A DNA stretch of 63,914 nt, the filler included, from Lenisia limosa (Eukaryota > Protista > Breviatea): assembly GCA_001655205.1 (NCBI GenBank). It is 12 parts of 12 records of this genome, joined end to end, with 100 filler letters (N's around TTAATTAATTAA, not from the genome) between each part and the next. Parts side by side here need not be neighbours in the genome. Positions count along the whole stretch, not along the records: positions 60,529 to 62,542 come from LPNZ01004908.1; positions 62,643 to 63,914 come from LPNZ01009991.1; 10 more parts are not named here. One strand, 5' to 3'. This document shows positions 62,101 to 63,914 of this stretch, piece by piece. The translations under genes were made by a program, and so were the position numbers. Under the pieces are notes generated by a model. The model made no database searches. It was not told the DNA's origin and worked only from the letters and a program-made list of their open reading frames with translations. Position 1 is the stretch's first letter. Each line of letters opens with the position of its first letter.

Positions 62101-63914
62101 ATTAATTAAAAAAAAAATTGATTACTTTTTTATACTTTCATATCGTACACTGTGATATAAAAGTATGACACCAAATATTATTCGGTGTCATCTCACCGAC
62201 TGCTGTACCACGAATTTCATGATTTATCTCCAGTGTGTTAAGCACAATGACACGTTCACCATGTACATATACACGGTGATAAGTCCTGACAATAATATTG
62301 AGCTTTTATTCTGTCAATCATGGCAGGACTTATCACGGTCAGTGTACACATATGATAAATGAACTCTGATGTTACATATGAACATATTGATATAGTATAG
62401 TATAGTATCCTATTCCACGAACATGAACATTGGAACTCAACTTCCCATTGTCTCTTATCTTTTTTTTTAGCCAAATCTCCTCACCATCTTTACTCCCTTT
62501 TACCTCGGATGATTTCTTAAAATCACCTGAAAAGGATACCAANNNNNNNNNNNNNNNNNNNNNNNNNNNNNNNNNNNNNNNNNNNNTTAATTAATTAANN
62601 NNNNNNNNNNNNNNNNNNNNNNNNNNNNNNNNNNNNNNNNNNGGCGGAAGAGCAACAGTGGGCAGTGATGAACGAAGACAGACAAAAGCTCCGAGAGCAG
62701 CACTGATCATGGTGAGTGGTGTTGCGTTTAGATGAACTCATATTATACTATAATTAAATAACTCTTTGAAGCATGATGGTGTGAACGGCTTCGGACAGAT
62801 ACGACCTTGTTTTATATTATTCATTGCTCTAATATAGAAAATATAATACATAGCCACATTAACTCCTGACACGGATATTCAGTCTATCGTGTCAGGTCCC
62901 AGTCAGTGTATAATATTAGCATCATATAAAATCATGTTAGCAGGTCCCGTTTCCGAAACCAACTCAATTTATTTATGAAACTCCTCTTCTTCTGCCAGCA
63001 TAGCCAAGATTGAATCACATATTGTAACTATTCTCAACTGAAAACCTCGCCTACTTATTCAGAGCATGAAGGAGTGCGTGGCTGGGAGCAGCAATATCCA
63101 AAACAGGCTTCTGAAGAGTCTATGGACGGGGGTTAGTGATTGTTGGGAAGATTATGGGGGGATATTAGCAATTTTTGAGGAATATTTGGAAGGATATTAT
63201 AGGGGTCCAGCGATTAAAGAGGGGTTTCTATGGAAGGTAAGTGGTTTAGCGTTGAAGAGTATTTGGAGGGTTATAAAATTGGATTAGGGATTTTGATACT
63301 ATGCTAGAGATTTACATATCATGTGAGGTTTTCAAATGACAGAAATATACATGTACACACGTATTTTGTATGGATACATGCATTTCATAAAACAGAATAC
63401 AGACCTTGAACATCCCGGATACTTATTATCCCAACATTATACCCGCCTCCCACCTTGAAAACTGGGGAGGCTGTGAGAGCACAGAGCTCATTAATCAGGG
63501 TCGAGTCGCTCGTGATCTATATGGTAGTTACTGGGTAGACAGCGGCAAAAATAATTGACAAACTACTTAAAATATCAAATATTAAACTCCGCGCAATTGA
63601 TTTTTTTGAAGACAATAATTAACAAAATTTGAAATCAAAGTGTCTGAAATTTACATTACAATATGTCGCACTTCAAATTATGCAACAATTTATTCCATGG
63701 GGCTCTACACATATCCCTTTTTGACCAAAACCACATTCACACCCCACATACCCCGCATACAGTGACAACGATAGACCGGGATAATCCTTGACCTATTTTC
63801 CTTGGCAAATCACATTGCAAATCAGTCAAGACTTATCCCAGTCACCACATACATTTAATAGTATCATATATAGCCCAATCCCCCCACTCCACTCTTTCAT
63901 CAATATTAATTCAC

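Noticed and set aside
14541-62598. Eleven exact TTAATTAATTAA palindromes at regular-looking spacing
   Set aside because: Each is centred in 44 N + 44 N and gives stops in six frames, so it is an assembly spacer and not biology. Gene adjacency across these spacers is unverified.
148-63287. Most entries of the supplied six-frame ORF track
   Set aside because: They run through N gaps, introns or antisense frames of real exons (e.g. 4635-5183, 10801-11100, 37986-38693) and are not genes as listed.
1-63914. tRNA, rRNA, snRNA, transposase or reverse transcriptase genes
   Set aside because: None recognised by eye. tRNAscan-SE, Infernal and HMM searches would be needed to exclude them.

Overview
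Intron-rich eukaryotic (protist-like, possibly amoebozoan; not determinable from sequence) draft scaffold, with many N gaps at G/C homopolymers and 11 artificial 100-bp spacers (44N-TTAATTAATTAA-44N) joining contigs of unverified adjacency. The ORF track misses most genes because exons are short. I spliced them by hand from GT-AG sites and motif recall, so boundaries are approximate. Recognisable genes: EFM4/EEF1AKMT2, an ankyrin protein, a partial Piezo channel, partial strumpellin (WASHC5), a NagB + PIG-L-like fused glucosamine-6-P deaminase, Fes1/HspBP1, EEF2KMT/FAM86, GPKOW/Spp2, partial UFD2/UBE4, a Sel1-repeat protein, a Pro-rich/EAEKKRLEE-repeat protein, an MKP1-like phosphatase, a TTD14-like NTPase, a USP25/28-like protease and a Cys-rich (GCC2/GCC3-like) multipass membrane protein. 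The most unusual signal is in the introns: (i) at least 16 copies of a ~95-bp TA-flanked, CpG-rich palindromic MITE plus several other small repeat families; (ii) G-rich 5' ends and C-rich 3' ends that could base-pair; (iii) short tandem duplications that copy splice sites; (iv) exon-like antisense sequence nested in a 1.6-kb intron.
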